Both the position numbers and the translations under genes were made by a program. The notes beneath the pieces were generated by a model. The model worked only from the letters and a program-made list of their open reading frames with translations. It searched no databases and was not told the origin of the DNA. Source: Nitrosopumilus sp. (lineage in GTDB: Archaea > Thermoproteota > Nitrososphaeria > Nitrososphaerales > Nitrosopumilaceae). From it: 64,000 nucleotides of DNA. Location: positions 768,001 to 832,000 of the forward strand of contig OZ245003.1 in NCBI GenBank assembly GCA_965223425.1. Reading direction: 5' to 3'. The number at the start of each line of letters is the position of its first letter. The first letter of the stretch is position 1. Shown one piece after another: positions 42,867 to 53,035 of the stretch.

Positions 42867-43166
42867 TTCTGTCAGTGCAGTGTTGCTTATCAAAACTATT
42901 GCATAATGTTCATCATCGTGATGATATGTCCAATATCTGACATCTCTGACTTCATTTTTTTGTCTTAACCCATGTGTTACTCCAGTTGTCACAGTGTATC
43001 CAATTCTTTTTGCAATTTTTGACTCTTTTGGCATCAAAACCCTGTATCCCCCTTTCTTGTTTTTAAACCCCAGGTTAACCATGTCCTCAACTGCATTTGA
43101 TGCGTCTTTTTCGTCTTTTAGTTCATATATTTTTGATATTGGCAAATCCCTTGGATGAAAATCCAT
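42855..43166 (-). CDS. Hypothetical protein
   Basis: 103-aa ATG ORF with host composition. Confidence 0.7.
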   Translation of the reverse strand: MDFHPRDLPISKIYELKDEKDASNAVEDMVNLGFKNKKGGYRVLMPKESKIAKRIGYTVTTGVTHGLRQKNEVRDVRYWTYHHDDEHYAIVLISNTALTELGF

Positions 43167-43290
43167 ACTTTTAATGAGATCTCTTAGCTAATATTTTTTA
43201 AAAAATGATTTCGGCGATCAAGATTAGTTAATTTTCTTAACTGGTAAGTCAACTACTGATTATATCTATAATTTAACCGATTCGTTTGTT

Positions 43291-44232
43291 TTGATTGAAT
43301 CGTTGGCATCATTAGAAAAACTAGTAGTTCAACTACGACACAAAAAGCAAGAAGCAACAAAGCTTAGAAAAAAAACTGAAAAACAGCTAAAAGAAGTCCG
43401 TTCTACCGAAAGACGTTCTTCTTCTGGTTTGAATACCATATCCAGAAAAATAGAATCTGAGCGCGACGATGTTTCTGATGTATCGACTGCTCTAAATCAA
43501 AAAAATTCGCAACTCGAAAGTATTGAAAGATTGGTAGCAGCAGCACAAGCCCGCTTAACCCGAGAAAAAGAGACAGTAGAGCAGGCAGAACAAGAAATTG
43601 AATTTGCTGAAAATCCTGAAGAAAAACAGAATGCCGAAATTAGGTTGCGTTCCTTAAATGATCATATCCAAGAATTAATCTCTGAAATCAAAAGTAGACA
43701 AAAAACCGCTAAAAAAATTGCAGAAGATGTTGCTAAATTTGATGATATCAAATCAAAGATTTCCTCAAAAATAAAAAAACAATCACAATCAAAGCCATCA
43801 TTACGTGAGACGATGAATACTAGTCACAAGGCTGCTGAGAAATTTGTCAAACGACTAGAATCAAAAACAAGGGCAGAGGAATCTGCAAAAAAAGCATTAG
43901 ACAAAGTATCTGCACAATTCCAAGAACTATTGGATAAAAAACGTGAGGCTGCTAAAAAGGCAGCAGCAGCTAAAAAGATAGCTGCTAAGAGAAAGACGGC
44001 AAAACGTAAAGCCACTAAGAAAAAGGCAGCAGCAGCTAAAAAGATAGCTGCTAAGAGAAAGACGGCAAAACGTAAAGCCACTAAGAAAAAGGCAGCAGCA
44101 GCTAAAAAGAGACCAGCAAAGAAAAAGGCAGCAGCAGCTAAAAAGAGACCAGCAAAGAAAAAGGCAGCAGCAGCTAAAAAGAGACCAGCAAAGAAAAAGG
44201 CAGCAGCAGCTAAAAAGAAATCTAAACGATAA
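43291..44232 (+). CDS. Coiled-coil protein with Lys/Ala-rich (H1-like) tail
   Basis: Heptad-rich N-terminus; KKAAAAKK repeats. Confidence 0.85.
   Translation: MIESLASLEKLVVQLRHKKQEATKLRKKTEKQLKEVRSTERRSSSGLNTISRKIESERDDVSDVSTALNQKNSQLESIERLVAAAQARLTREKETVEQAEQEIEFAENPEEKQNAEIRLRSLNDHIQELISEIKSRQKTAKKIAEDVAKFDDIKSKISSKIKKQSQSKPSLRETMNTSHKAAEKFVKRLESKTRAEESAKKALDKVSAQFQELLDKKREAAKKAAAAKKIAAKRKTAKRKATKKKAAAAKKIAAKRKTAKRKATKKKAAAAKKRPAKKKAAAAKKRPAKKKAAAAKKRPAKKKAAAAKKKSKR
43954..44217 (+). repeat. Coding tandem repeats: 66 bp x2, then 36 bp x3.7
   Basis: Identical DNA units encoding KKAAAAKKIAAKRKTAKRKATK and KKAAAAKKRPAK. Confidence 0.92.
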
Positions 44233-44300
44233 TCATTTAAAAAATAATTAACGTAAAGTTAATTCTTAAATTGGAAAAATAATTAAAATAATAATGGAAA

Positions 44301-44630
44301 TTATTGAGGATTAACTTCCATTTGACCAAATTTACCTTTTGTTAAGGATACTTCTCCTTTGAATTCGCTGGTATACCCATTTGTAATGACAACTACATCT
44401 CCAACATTTACTGTCTCAATGTCGTCACCCCACAATGTCAGTTTCATTTGGTCATCTTCTGTTTCGCCATCAGCTATTACTGCATCGCAGACCTCAACTG
44501 TTCCTCCACTTCTGAGACTTACAGTTCTTGGGTCTCCTTTGCTTTTAACATCGGCTTTTGCATTAATTCCACTTCGCATTTTTTTTACTTGTGAAATTGG
44601 TATGAATTCTGCCATGTGTCTTTGAATCAA
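44301..44630 (-). CDS. ssb: Single OB-fold ssDNA-binding protein
   Basis: MKLTLWG, GDVVVITNGY, GKFG. Confidence 0.85.
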   Translation of the reverse strand: MIQRHMAEFIPISQVKKMRSGINAKADVKSKGDPRTVSLRSGGTVEVCDAVIADGETEDDQMKLTLWGDDIETVNVGDVVVITNGYTSEFKGEVSLTKGKFGQMEVNPQ

Positions 44631-44903
44631 ATTTGCACGATTATAAGCTTTGTTAAAAATTTACACTGGTAAATCTCCGAGTGTTTTCAAAGGCCTGTTA
44701 AATTAGAGTGTTGGAGTGTTAAATTCAGTAGTTGGGATTGTACATTTTGGATAGCCCAAACTGATCATTTTGAGAGCAAAACACGATCAACCAGATCCAA
44801 ATACAAAGCATGTTCACCCACCTTGACTTGTGTAGAAAAGATGGGCAAACACACCAACAGAACCAAGATATCAAGGAATTTAAAATCTTCCAGTCCGCAC
44901 TGC

Positions 44904-46526
44904 GGCGTGTGGGATCCTAAAAGTAGTTCACCCCCCTGCTACTTGGTTTCATATTCCTCCTTGCCACAACACGCCCGGTGGTTAACATCAGTAGATGGAA
45001 ATGTGCTCCTTTTGAGCCCAGCCAAAACACGTTGTCAGATACATCAACCATCTTCGAACATACCGATCTATTAGCAAGGTGCGCTTGCTCACCTATGTGC
45101 TACTAAAACAAAAAGACGGACAGGCGCACCGAAGAGAGATGGGAACAAGGCTACTTAATACCTTGTCAAGCATACTTGCCTCTGCAGGAATCGGGTTCTC
45201 CTCCAGGTACAACGCAAAATACGGCATGCGGCACCTGGTTGCGATGCTAGCTGAGATGTGCGCCTCAGGCACCACTGCCGAGGCTGCCGCAGCAAATCTT
45301 GAGGGCCACAAGGACATGCCGTCTGCCAGGTGGCTCCGCGACATGATAAAGACTGTCAGTAAGGACAATGCAGAAAAGGCCTGCAACGAGATGCTCAGAC
45401 GCACCGTAAGGATTGCAGGGAGAGGAGGGGAGGGGGGAATGGCCCGGGCAGGCCCCATGCTGGTGGCAATCGACAAGCACCTGATACCCAGACACGACAG
45501 GAACAACATGCTGCACCTGGTATACTCCAAAATAAAAGGCGGCACCAACAGGTTTGAGTGCTATGCCACAATGCAGGCAGTGGCCGGATCCATAAATGCC
45601 GTGCTTGACTGCGTTCCCGTCACCAGGGACTGCTCTGATGTCGATTTCGTGCGCAGGTTCGTCAATACGTTGCGCAAATGCCGGGTGAAGGCCAGGCTGC
45701 TGCTCATGGACCGCGAGTTTTACTCCACTGATGTCATGCTGGCACTAAACGAATCTCACAGCAAGTTCCTGATGCCTGCAGTCAAAAACGCCGGAATCAA
45801 GAGGGCCGTCACGGATTACCACAACGGCAGGATCGGGGCAGTCTCAAGGTATACGATGCGAAACAGCAAGAAGAGAGAGGTAACATTTACGCTGATCATC
45901 AGACCGTCCAAAAAGTACGATGATGCAGATGCGGCCGTGACAGACAGGTACGTAGTCTTTGCCACCAGCCTTCCTGCCAGACGCGTCATGATGGAGCTGT
46001 CAGTACTGCCAGACGAGTACAGGTACAGGTGGGGGATAGAGACGGGGTACCGGCAGGTCGAGCAGGTCCGGCCCAGGACATACAGCCGTGACCACCTGTT
46101 CCGGATGATGATGTTTTACGTCGCGTTGTTTGTGCACAACATGTGGGCCATAGAGCGGCACCGTGCTGCCGTGCCGCCGGGCAGGATGACATTAAGGATA
46201 GTGATCAGCGCAGCTGCTGCCGTGGCTGTTCTGCAGGAAACTGTGGGTGTTGGAGTGCCATACGATCCTGGAGGCCAGGGATAGGGACACATTTCCATGT
46301 ACTGAACATAGGTGTTGCATAACTTGGATTCTAGGCACGAAATTTACCCAACTTTTGACTGGCTTAGGCGTGTTATGCAACAAACTAGTGCTCAGGGCTT
46401 GTGTATTTTCCTAACCTTTTCTTCCAGACCCACACACCCTTGTTTCCAGTGACAGTAAGGTCGGTGCGCCTGTTCTTTATCGACCTTACATACTCGGAGA
46501 AGGGGTGAACTACTTTTTGTACAAGA
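44904..46526. mobile_element. ~300-bp non-coding element with 16-bp subterminal IRs, itself split by a second IS
   Basis: AAAAGTAGTTCACCCC (44919) and GGGGTGAACTACTTTT (46502). Confidence 0.6.
44989..46304 (+). mobile_element. Second ISH3-family IS with intact transposase (45079-46284)
   Basis: TIR CAGTAGATGGAAATGTG / CACATTTCCATGTACTG, TSD AACAT; VAID, MDREFY, YRYRWGIETGY. Confidence 0.92.
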
Positions 46527-47553
46527 CAAAATACGAGTCAGGAACGTACAGGTTTGAGTCATACATGACATCCAAGATAGTGCAGGGCGGCAAGGAGGCC
46601 AACCTGTGCTTCAGTCCGGTCACCCGGGGTACATCCAACGGCGAGTTCGTGCGTAAAACCATCAAAAAGTGCTCCAAGCTGCACCTTGGAATCAATCTTT
46701 ACCTTCTTGACAGGGAGTTTTACGCAACAGACGTGATGCGGACTGTCAGATCGCTTCACAGGCATTTTATCATGCCGGCAAAAAAGAATGCCGGCATCAA
46801 GCGCGCCATTGTACAGCACGCCCAAGGAAAGCGCGGTGATGTCTCTAGGTACACCATAAAATCAGGATCCGAAAAGTTCACGTTCAACCTAGTTCTGATC
46901 AGGGATGACGCCAGGAAAAAAGACGGCACCATGTTTGACAGGTATCGCGCATTTGCAACGTCGCTGCCATGCGAGAATGAAAGGGACGTTGTCAAGTACA
47001 TCCCAGAACAGTACAAAAAACGGTGGGGAATTGAAACGGGGTACAGGTCTGCAAAGAGCATACGCCCGCACACTGCCAGCAGGAACCCCTCCGTACGGAT
47101 GCTTTTGTTTGTCTTGTCACTGGTGATAAACAACATCTGGATAGGCCTGCGTCGCACGGCGGGCAGAAAAGGCTATCATGTGACACTTGCCGGTGTTTTA
47201 AACAGGATGATCCACGCGTTTGTAACATGTGTGTATGCTAGGTGGCCACCGCCTATCGGGTGACTGGCGGGCTGTTCTGGAACGGTACAATCCCAACTAC
47301 TGTTTGAATTAAGGTAAACATGAAACGTGACAAGAGCATATCTAGACGATTCAGATGTGATGACTATTCTGGTATATGTCCATGAGAACATGATATAGAA
47401 AAAAGATCAGAAGCACGTCTTGACAAGATAATTCGGTTCATACAACAATCTTATCATAATGCTAGAACATAAGAAAAATCGCTTCGTTCCTGATATGATG
47501 GTGTTAGTTATGATCAGAAAGGGAACCCATGCATTTCCGACAGAATTTTTAAA

Positions 47554-48585
47554 TTGATGTGGTGTAAAGATTGCATGTTGAAGAAGACAGTAAAATTTAC
47601 TTTTATAGATCTCTTTGCAGGAATAGGTGGAATGCGAATTGCATTCGAATCTGTGGGGGGTAAGTGTGTATATTCTTCAGAATTAGACAAGTTTTCCAAA
47701 CATACTTACAAAACCAATTTTGGAGAAACACCTGACGGAGACATTACTCAGGTTGATGAAAATAGTATTCCAAATCATGACGTACTTGTGGCGGGATTCC
47801 CATGTCAACCATTTTCTATTGCAGGGGTAAGCCGCAAAAATTCCCTAGGTAAACCGCATGGATTCGAGGACAAGATACAGGGCACTATGTTTTTTCACAT
47901 ATGCAGAATTTTGCGAATCAAACGACCTTCTGCATTTGTTCTAGAAAATGTAAAAAATCTCAAATGCCACAACAATGGAAAAACATTTGACATAATTAAG
48001 ACAAAATTATCAGAGTTAGGATATGAAATACACGATAAAATAATGAATTCCGGTGGAGTTGTTCCACAAAAAAGAGATAGGTTGTTTCTAATAGGTCTAA
48101 AAAAGACTAAATTTTCTGCACAAAGTTTTGAATTTCCACATGTACCTGAAAATAATATGGTTTTGAAAGATATACTTGAGAAGAAAGTTGACAAAAAATA
48201 CACGCTTCCAAATGGAACATGGCGCGCTGTGCAACGTCACGCAAATCGTCACAAAAAAGCAGGAAATGGATTTGGATATAATCTTGCAGATGTTAACAAA
48301 CCTTCCAAAACTTTAACTGCTAGATATTATAAGGATGGGGCAGAAATATTGATAGGTCAGAAAAATAAAAACCCTAGAAAACTTACACCTAGAGAATGTG
48401 CCAGACTCATGGGTTTTCCAGAAGACTTTGATATTCCTGTGTCGGATAATCAAGCATACAAACAATTTGGGAATTCTGTTGTAGTTCCATTGGTCACAAC
48501 AATAGCATACAATTTATCAATTATCCTGACCAAACGTCCAATTCTCATAAAGTACACCAAAAGAAAAAGAAAGGCGGCAAGATAA
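47554..48585 (+). CDS. C5-cytosine methyltransferase, Dcm/EcoRII-like (DrmMII-like)
   Basis: DLFAGIGG, GFPCQPFS, ENV, QKRDR, ARYYKDGAEILI, QFGNSV. Confidence 0.93.
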   Translation: MMWCKDCMLKKTVKFTFIDLFAGIGGMRIAFESVGGKCVYSSELDKFSKHTYKTNFGETPDGDITQVDENSIPNHDVLVAGFPCQPFSIAGVSRKNSLGKPHGFEDKIQGTMFFHICRILRIKRPSAFVLENVKNLKCHNNGKTFDIIKTKLSELGYEIHDKIMNSGGVVPQKRDRLFLIGLKKTKFSAQSFEFPHVPENNMVLKDILEKKVDKKYTLPNGTWRAVQRHANRHKKAGNGFGYNLADVNKPSKTLTARYYKDGAEILIGQKNKNPRKLTPRECARLMGFPEDFDIPVSDNQAYKQFGNSVVVPLVTTIAYNLSIILTKRPILIKYTKRKRKAAR

Positions 48586-48586
48586 A

Positions 48587-51500
48587 TTGGATCTTTCAGA
48601 TCACAATGATCAAACCTTTGTATCTTGTAGTGGTTCTGTAAGATATCATATCATAAAATCCATGTTTCAAGATTTACTAGGGCCCAAAATGGGACCTGGA
48701 GAAATAATTGAAAATCCATACGATCAATACGTGCTAGGAATTTTAAAATCCAATTATATTGCTGTACAATCAGATCAAGAATTAGATCCATTCGATAAAA
48801 TAAATTATGGGAATGTAAAATCAGAAAAACAACTTGATTCCACTGACGATCCTGATGATGAATTTATTGTAGATGCGGATCTTAATCTTAAACAGGGAGC
48901 ACGCTCTATGGGATTATCGTTTGTGATTAAAGGTAAGGTTCCACGGATAAAAATTTGTTGCACATGGGGCCGTTATCAAAGAATAGATGGACTTCCAAGA
49001 TCAATATGGAAAAGAATTCCAAACTTTTTCATCTCCCAAATAATTGACGCCACAAACAACCAAATAATCAAACCAGAAGAAACTACTTTACAAAAATACA
49101 TTTCAAAGCAAGGAATAGAAATACACATTAGATCTTCACAGATTTCAATTCCAGAGAATAGTTGGAATGTATCTATATTTATTGTGAACAATACTCCGTT
49201 TAAAGAAAATCAGGAATTAGTTCATTATATATTCCAGCCACAGATACGTGTGTTGTGTGATGCAGAGACTGAAATCAAAGATTTAAAAAAACACCACACA
49301 TCATCAGATGTGCAAAAGGACGATCTACTCTTCTCGGACAAAACTGGTAAAGGACGTGGTCATCTGTGTGGGGCAGTATGGAGAGATATAGACCCCGAAT
49401 GTTATGACGAAAATGGCAAAAGTTTTTCTGATTTCTCTTGGCCAGATGCCACTTCTTCAAAAATACCAAAGGATGTAATCGAAGAATTCAAAAAGTCAGA
49501 CATAAGAACAGAATATCTTCCAGTTTATACTATCTTACAACCAGATCTTGGCAATTCAAATAATTTTAATGCATCAAGACTTGCCCAAATGTGGGAACCT
49601 AATGAAATCAAAAATTATCTGGGTGGCATTGTTAGAAGTTATAGAGAGTGGATCAATGACGAAAAGAAATCTATCAACAACTCTGAATCCACAAAACTCC
49701 AAGAGTATGCCAAAATGAATCTTGATGTTTGTGAAAAAACGGCTCAAAGAATAGAAGATGGAATAACTTTATTGTTGGATGATGAAAGAGCTCGTCTAGC
49801 GTTTTGTTTTATGAATCAGGTCATGTCTGACAAGAGAAGGTGGGACAATCGTAATGAAAAAGAGAGACAATCTCTACAATGGTATGAGTTTCAAATGGGA
49901 TTTATTCTTCAATCACTTACAGGTGTTTTGCCTGGCAATCAAGACAAAGGGACATGCGATGTATTATGGTTTCCAACAGGAGGTGGAAAAACTGAAGCAT
50001 ATATTGGAATAATGATCTTCACTTTCGCCTATAGAAGATTGTTTGACTTGGAAGAATTTCAAACTGACGGAGGAGTGTCTGTAATCTCAAGATATACGCT
50101 TAGACTGCTAACAATTCAGCAGTTTACTAGAACCATCAGTGCAATATTGGCAGCTGACGTACTTAGAATTAAGAACTGGAAGCCAGAATCTGCAGTTTTC
50201 AATGATCAAAATCTGATAAAAACGTATGAGACAGGAAGAATGTGGGGATCCAGCAGGTTTTCATTGGGAGTATGGATAGGTGATCTAACTCCAAATAAAT
50301 TTGAAAAACAGGGCACAAGGCACACTGACATATTAAATGCAGAAGGTATGCTACGAGCTGAATCTGTACGAAGACGGGAGTCACAGTCCACTGGAGAACC
50401 TGCCCAGATCATGGAATGTCCATGCTGTGGAAACATACTGGGAATGTCATCAAAAAAAGAATCAGGTATGGAAAATATGAAAAAAATCACATGGATTATT
50501 AAAACAGATAAAACTATAGAGGATTTGAAAGCAATACCAGATGCGAAATTCAACACTAGCATCATAAAACTAATGACAAAAAATGGTAGCGCCAAGGAAT
50601 TCTTTGAAATTAATTTAGATGCGGAGGGTATGCGATATGTGTGCTTTACTGCAAACATATGCAGTACTAGTGGAGGATCATTGACGGATAATAATATAGA
50701 CGAATGGTGGAAACATCATACGACTAGTGCGTTGGGATATACTGGAGGTGAAGATCCGCTCCAAAGCACTCGTGCATCTAGACCTGGATATTTTTTTCTA
50801 TACAGAGATGGAGAAAACCGCCCATATGATTTTGCAATACACTGCACTAACAGGGATTGTGAGATAAACAAGACAGAGTGGTTCGAAGATATTACTCCAG
50901 ATAGTGTATCGTCAATTGCACATCCATTCAAAAAACATAAAAAACCAAACCATTCAATATTCCCTCCCATTCCTGCATATATCATTGATGAGCAGATATA
51001 CTCTAGATGTCCCACAGTGGTAATAGCTACCGTGGACAAGTTTGCACGCCTTCCTTTTGAACCTCGTGCATCGGCTCTTTTTGGAAACGTAGATTATCAT
51101 GATAAATGGAAGGGATTCGGTCGTGGAAATCCTAATGACGGCAGTGGTAGGGATGTGAAAAAATTTCTGCCTCCGTCATTGTTCATACAGGACGAACTTC
51201 ATCTGATAGAAGGGCCTCTGGGCAGCATGGTGGGAATATATGAGATAGCCGTAGATATTTTATCCTCAAACGAACAGTTTACACCAAAGTATATTGCATC
51301 TACTGCAACAATTAAGGAAGCTGAAAGTCAGGTTGGAACAATATACCGGAGAAAGGTTAGAATTTTCCCACCCTTGGCAGTCTCATATGGCAATAATTAT
51401 TTTAGCACAATTGAGGAAGATCCATCATGTTTACGTGAGAGTTATGGTAGACTGTATATTGGAATACTTGCGCCCAAAGGGACACTTGTGGTACCTGTAA

Positions 51501-53035
51501 AAGTCTGGGCGTCAGTACTCAGTTCCGTACATAGAATCAAAAACAATCCTGAACTTTTTGGACTAGACGAGGAATATAAAAAATCAGCAAGTTCCGTAAC
51601 CTTCAAGGAATTTGTTGACGACAAAACCGATTGGTACAGTACTCTAGTAGGATATTTTAATGCACTCAAGGAGCTCTCTATTGCCCGCAACCTGTACAGC
51701 GGCGATATCCTACGAGATGTAAAAAGATCAAGCTCGCTCGTACTCTCATCTGTACAGCACAGAGGAATTGATAATAAAATAAAAACATCATTGCATTATG
51801 TTCCAATAGAGATCAATACGCGCATGTGTATTTTTGCAGTATCAGTATTCTGTGCAAATAGGAAAGGTAGTATTTCATTGGCTCTTTATGAAAACAACGA
51901 GTTAACAAACGAACCTGGAAAATTATTATCTGTGATGAGAAAAAATGATGAGAAAAAACAAGTCAAAGAAGATGAAAATGAATTTCTATTGGATGTTCCA
52001 ATAGATGTTTCCAAAGGCAAGATAATATGGGTTGCCTTATTTCCTTATTCAGATGATACACGCTTTCATTTGGGTGAAAGCAAGATAAAAAGCCGTACCG
52101 CTTCAATCAAACTTGGTGCAGAAACAATACAATTTCCAAAAGAACACCAAAAGTCTGAAGAGAGTAGTATAACCATCAAGATTGGATTAAAAACAGAACC
52201 AAGAAGTGTTGATGATGCGGGGGTAGTGGAATTATCAAGCTCTACTGAATCGCATGAATTACCCAACATCATGAAAAAGCTCGAAACACCTCATTCAGTA
52301 GACTGTCTTTTTACAACATCCATGTTTGGTACTGGAATGGATGTGGACAGATTGGGACTCATGGTTGTCATGGGGCAGCCAAAATCAACATCAAGTTATA
52401 TTCAGTCCACGGGACGAGTTGGAAGGAAATGTCCGGGTCTAGTTGTTACGTGGCTCAGAGCTGGTAGAGTCAGAGATCTTAGTCATTATGAGGATTTTAT
52501 AGGATATCATAGGGCAATACATCGTTATGTAGAACCAATAAGTGCAGCTCCTTTTTCAGAACAAACGATGGATCTTTGTACAGGACCTGTATCTGTTGCG
52601 GTACTAAGAAACGCAAGAAGCATATCTGGATCGAAGGTGCAAGAGCAATGGCGGGATCATGATAATGGTCCTCCGTTCATGAGACTGCATGAAAATGATG
52701 ATGAGATTCATACATTGAAAAAAATATTTTTAAAAAGATGTCTATCAGAAAACATCTCAGAAGCTAGACGAATTGATCCGAGCCAAGCAGAAAACATTAT
52801 TGAACGAAGCATAGGCAAGTGGCAGAGAACTTCCAAAAACATCTCACAAGAGGGAGATGAACTCGTTTACGACGAATCCACCATGAATAAAAAAGTCGAA
52901 AAAAATGTAGTTCTTGGCACTGTCCAGCATAATATAGCCGGAAAAAGCATAGTATACAAAAACACGAGATCATCTTTGCGTACAGTGGAATCAACTTTTA
53001 CTATTGGAGATGTGGGATGGGTAGAAGACAGTTAA
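48587..53035 (+). CDS. drmA: DISARM DrmA-like SF2 helicase
   Basis: WFPTGGGKTEAY, RYTLRLLTIQQF, ATVDKFA, IQDELHLI.GPLG, GMDVDRLGLM, YIQSTGRVGR. Confidence 0.88.
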   Translation: MDLSDHNDQTFVSCSGSVRYHIIKSMFQDLLGPKMGPGEIIENPYDQYVLGILKSNYIAVQSDQELDPFDKINYGNVKSEKQLDSTDDPDDEFIVDADLNLKQGARSMGLSFVIKGKVPRIKICCTWGRYQRIDGLPRSIWKRIPNFFISQIIDATNNQIIKPEETTLQKYISKQGIEIHIRSSQISIPENSWNVSIFIVNNTPFKENQELVHYIFQPQIRVLCDAETEIKDLKKHHTSSDVQKDDLLFSDKTGKGRGHLCGAVWRDIDPECYDENGKSFSDFSWPDATSSKIPKDVIEEFKKSDIRTEYLPVYTILQPDLGNSNNFNASRLAQMWEPNEIKNYLGGIVRSYREWINDEKKSINNSESTKLQEYAKMNLDVCEKTAQRIEDGITLLLDDERARLAFCFMNQVMSDKRRWDNRNEKERQSLQWYEFQMGFILQSLTGVLPGNQDKGTCDVLWFPTGGGKTEAYIGIMIFTFAYRRLFDLEEFQTDGGVSVISRYTLRLLTIQQFTRTISAILAADVLRIKNWKPESAVFNDQNLIKTYETGRMWGSSRFSLGVWIGDLTPNKFEKQGTRHTDILNAEGMLRAESVRRRESQSTGEPAQIMECPCCGNILGMSSKKESGMENMKKITWIIKTDKTIEDLKAIPDAKFNTSIIKLMTKNGSAKEFFEINLDAEGMRYVCFTANICSTSGGSLTDNNIDEWWKHHTTSALGYTGGEDPLQSTRASRPGYFFLYRDGENRPYDFAIHCTNRDCEINKTEWFEDITPDSVSSIAHPFKKHKKPNHSIFPPIPAYIIDEQIYSRCPTVVIATVDKFARLPFEPRASALFGNVDYHDKWKGFGRGNPNDGSGRDVKKFLPPSLFIQDELHLIEGPLGSMVGIYEIAVDILSSNEQFTPKYIASTATIKEAESQVGTIYRRKVRIFPPLAVSYGNNYFSTIEEDPSCLRESYGRLYIGILAPKGTLVVPVKVWASVLSSVHRIKNNPELFGLDEEYKKSASSVTFKEFVDDKTDWYSTLVGYFNALKELSIARNLYSGDILRDVKRSSSLVLSSVQHRGIDNKIKTSLHYVPIEINTRMCIFAVSVFCANRKGSISLALYENNELTNEPGKLLSVMRKNDEKKQVKEDENEFLLDVPIDVSKGKIIWVALFPYSDDTRFHLGESKIKSRTASIKLGAETIQFPKEHQKSEESSITIKIGLKTEPRSVDDAGVVELSSSTESHELPNIMKKLETPHSVDCLFTTSMFGTGMDVDRLGLMVVMGQPKSTSSYIQSTGRVGRKCPGLVVTWLRAGRVRDLSHYEDFIGYHRAIHRYVEPISAAPFSEQTMDLCTGPVSVAVLRNARSISGSKVQEQWRDHDNGPPFMRLHENDDEIHTLKKIFLKRCLSENISEARRIDPSQAENIIERSIGKWQRTSKNISQEGDELVYDESTMNKKVEKNVVLGTVQHNIAGKSIVYKNTRSSLRTVESTFTIGDVGWVEDS

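Larger units (their letters stand above)
44726..47302 (+). mobile_element. ISH3-family IS, copy 2, interrupted and partly deleted (3' transposase part 46527-47263)
   Basis: Same 18-bp TIR at both ends; host sequence stops at 44903 and resumes at 46527; no TSD. Confidence 0.88.

Noticed and set aside
43954-44217. CRISPR-like 36-bp repeats
   Set aside because: Contiguous coding repeats with no spacers; no CRISPR array or cas genes were seen in the window.
48587-53035. Intein in DrmA
   Set aside because: No C/S..HN-C/S/T splice junctions or LAGLIDADG blocks recognised.
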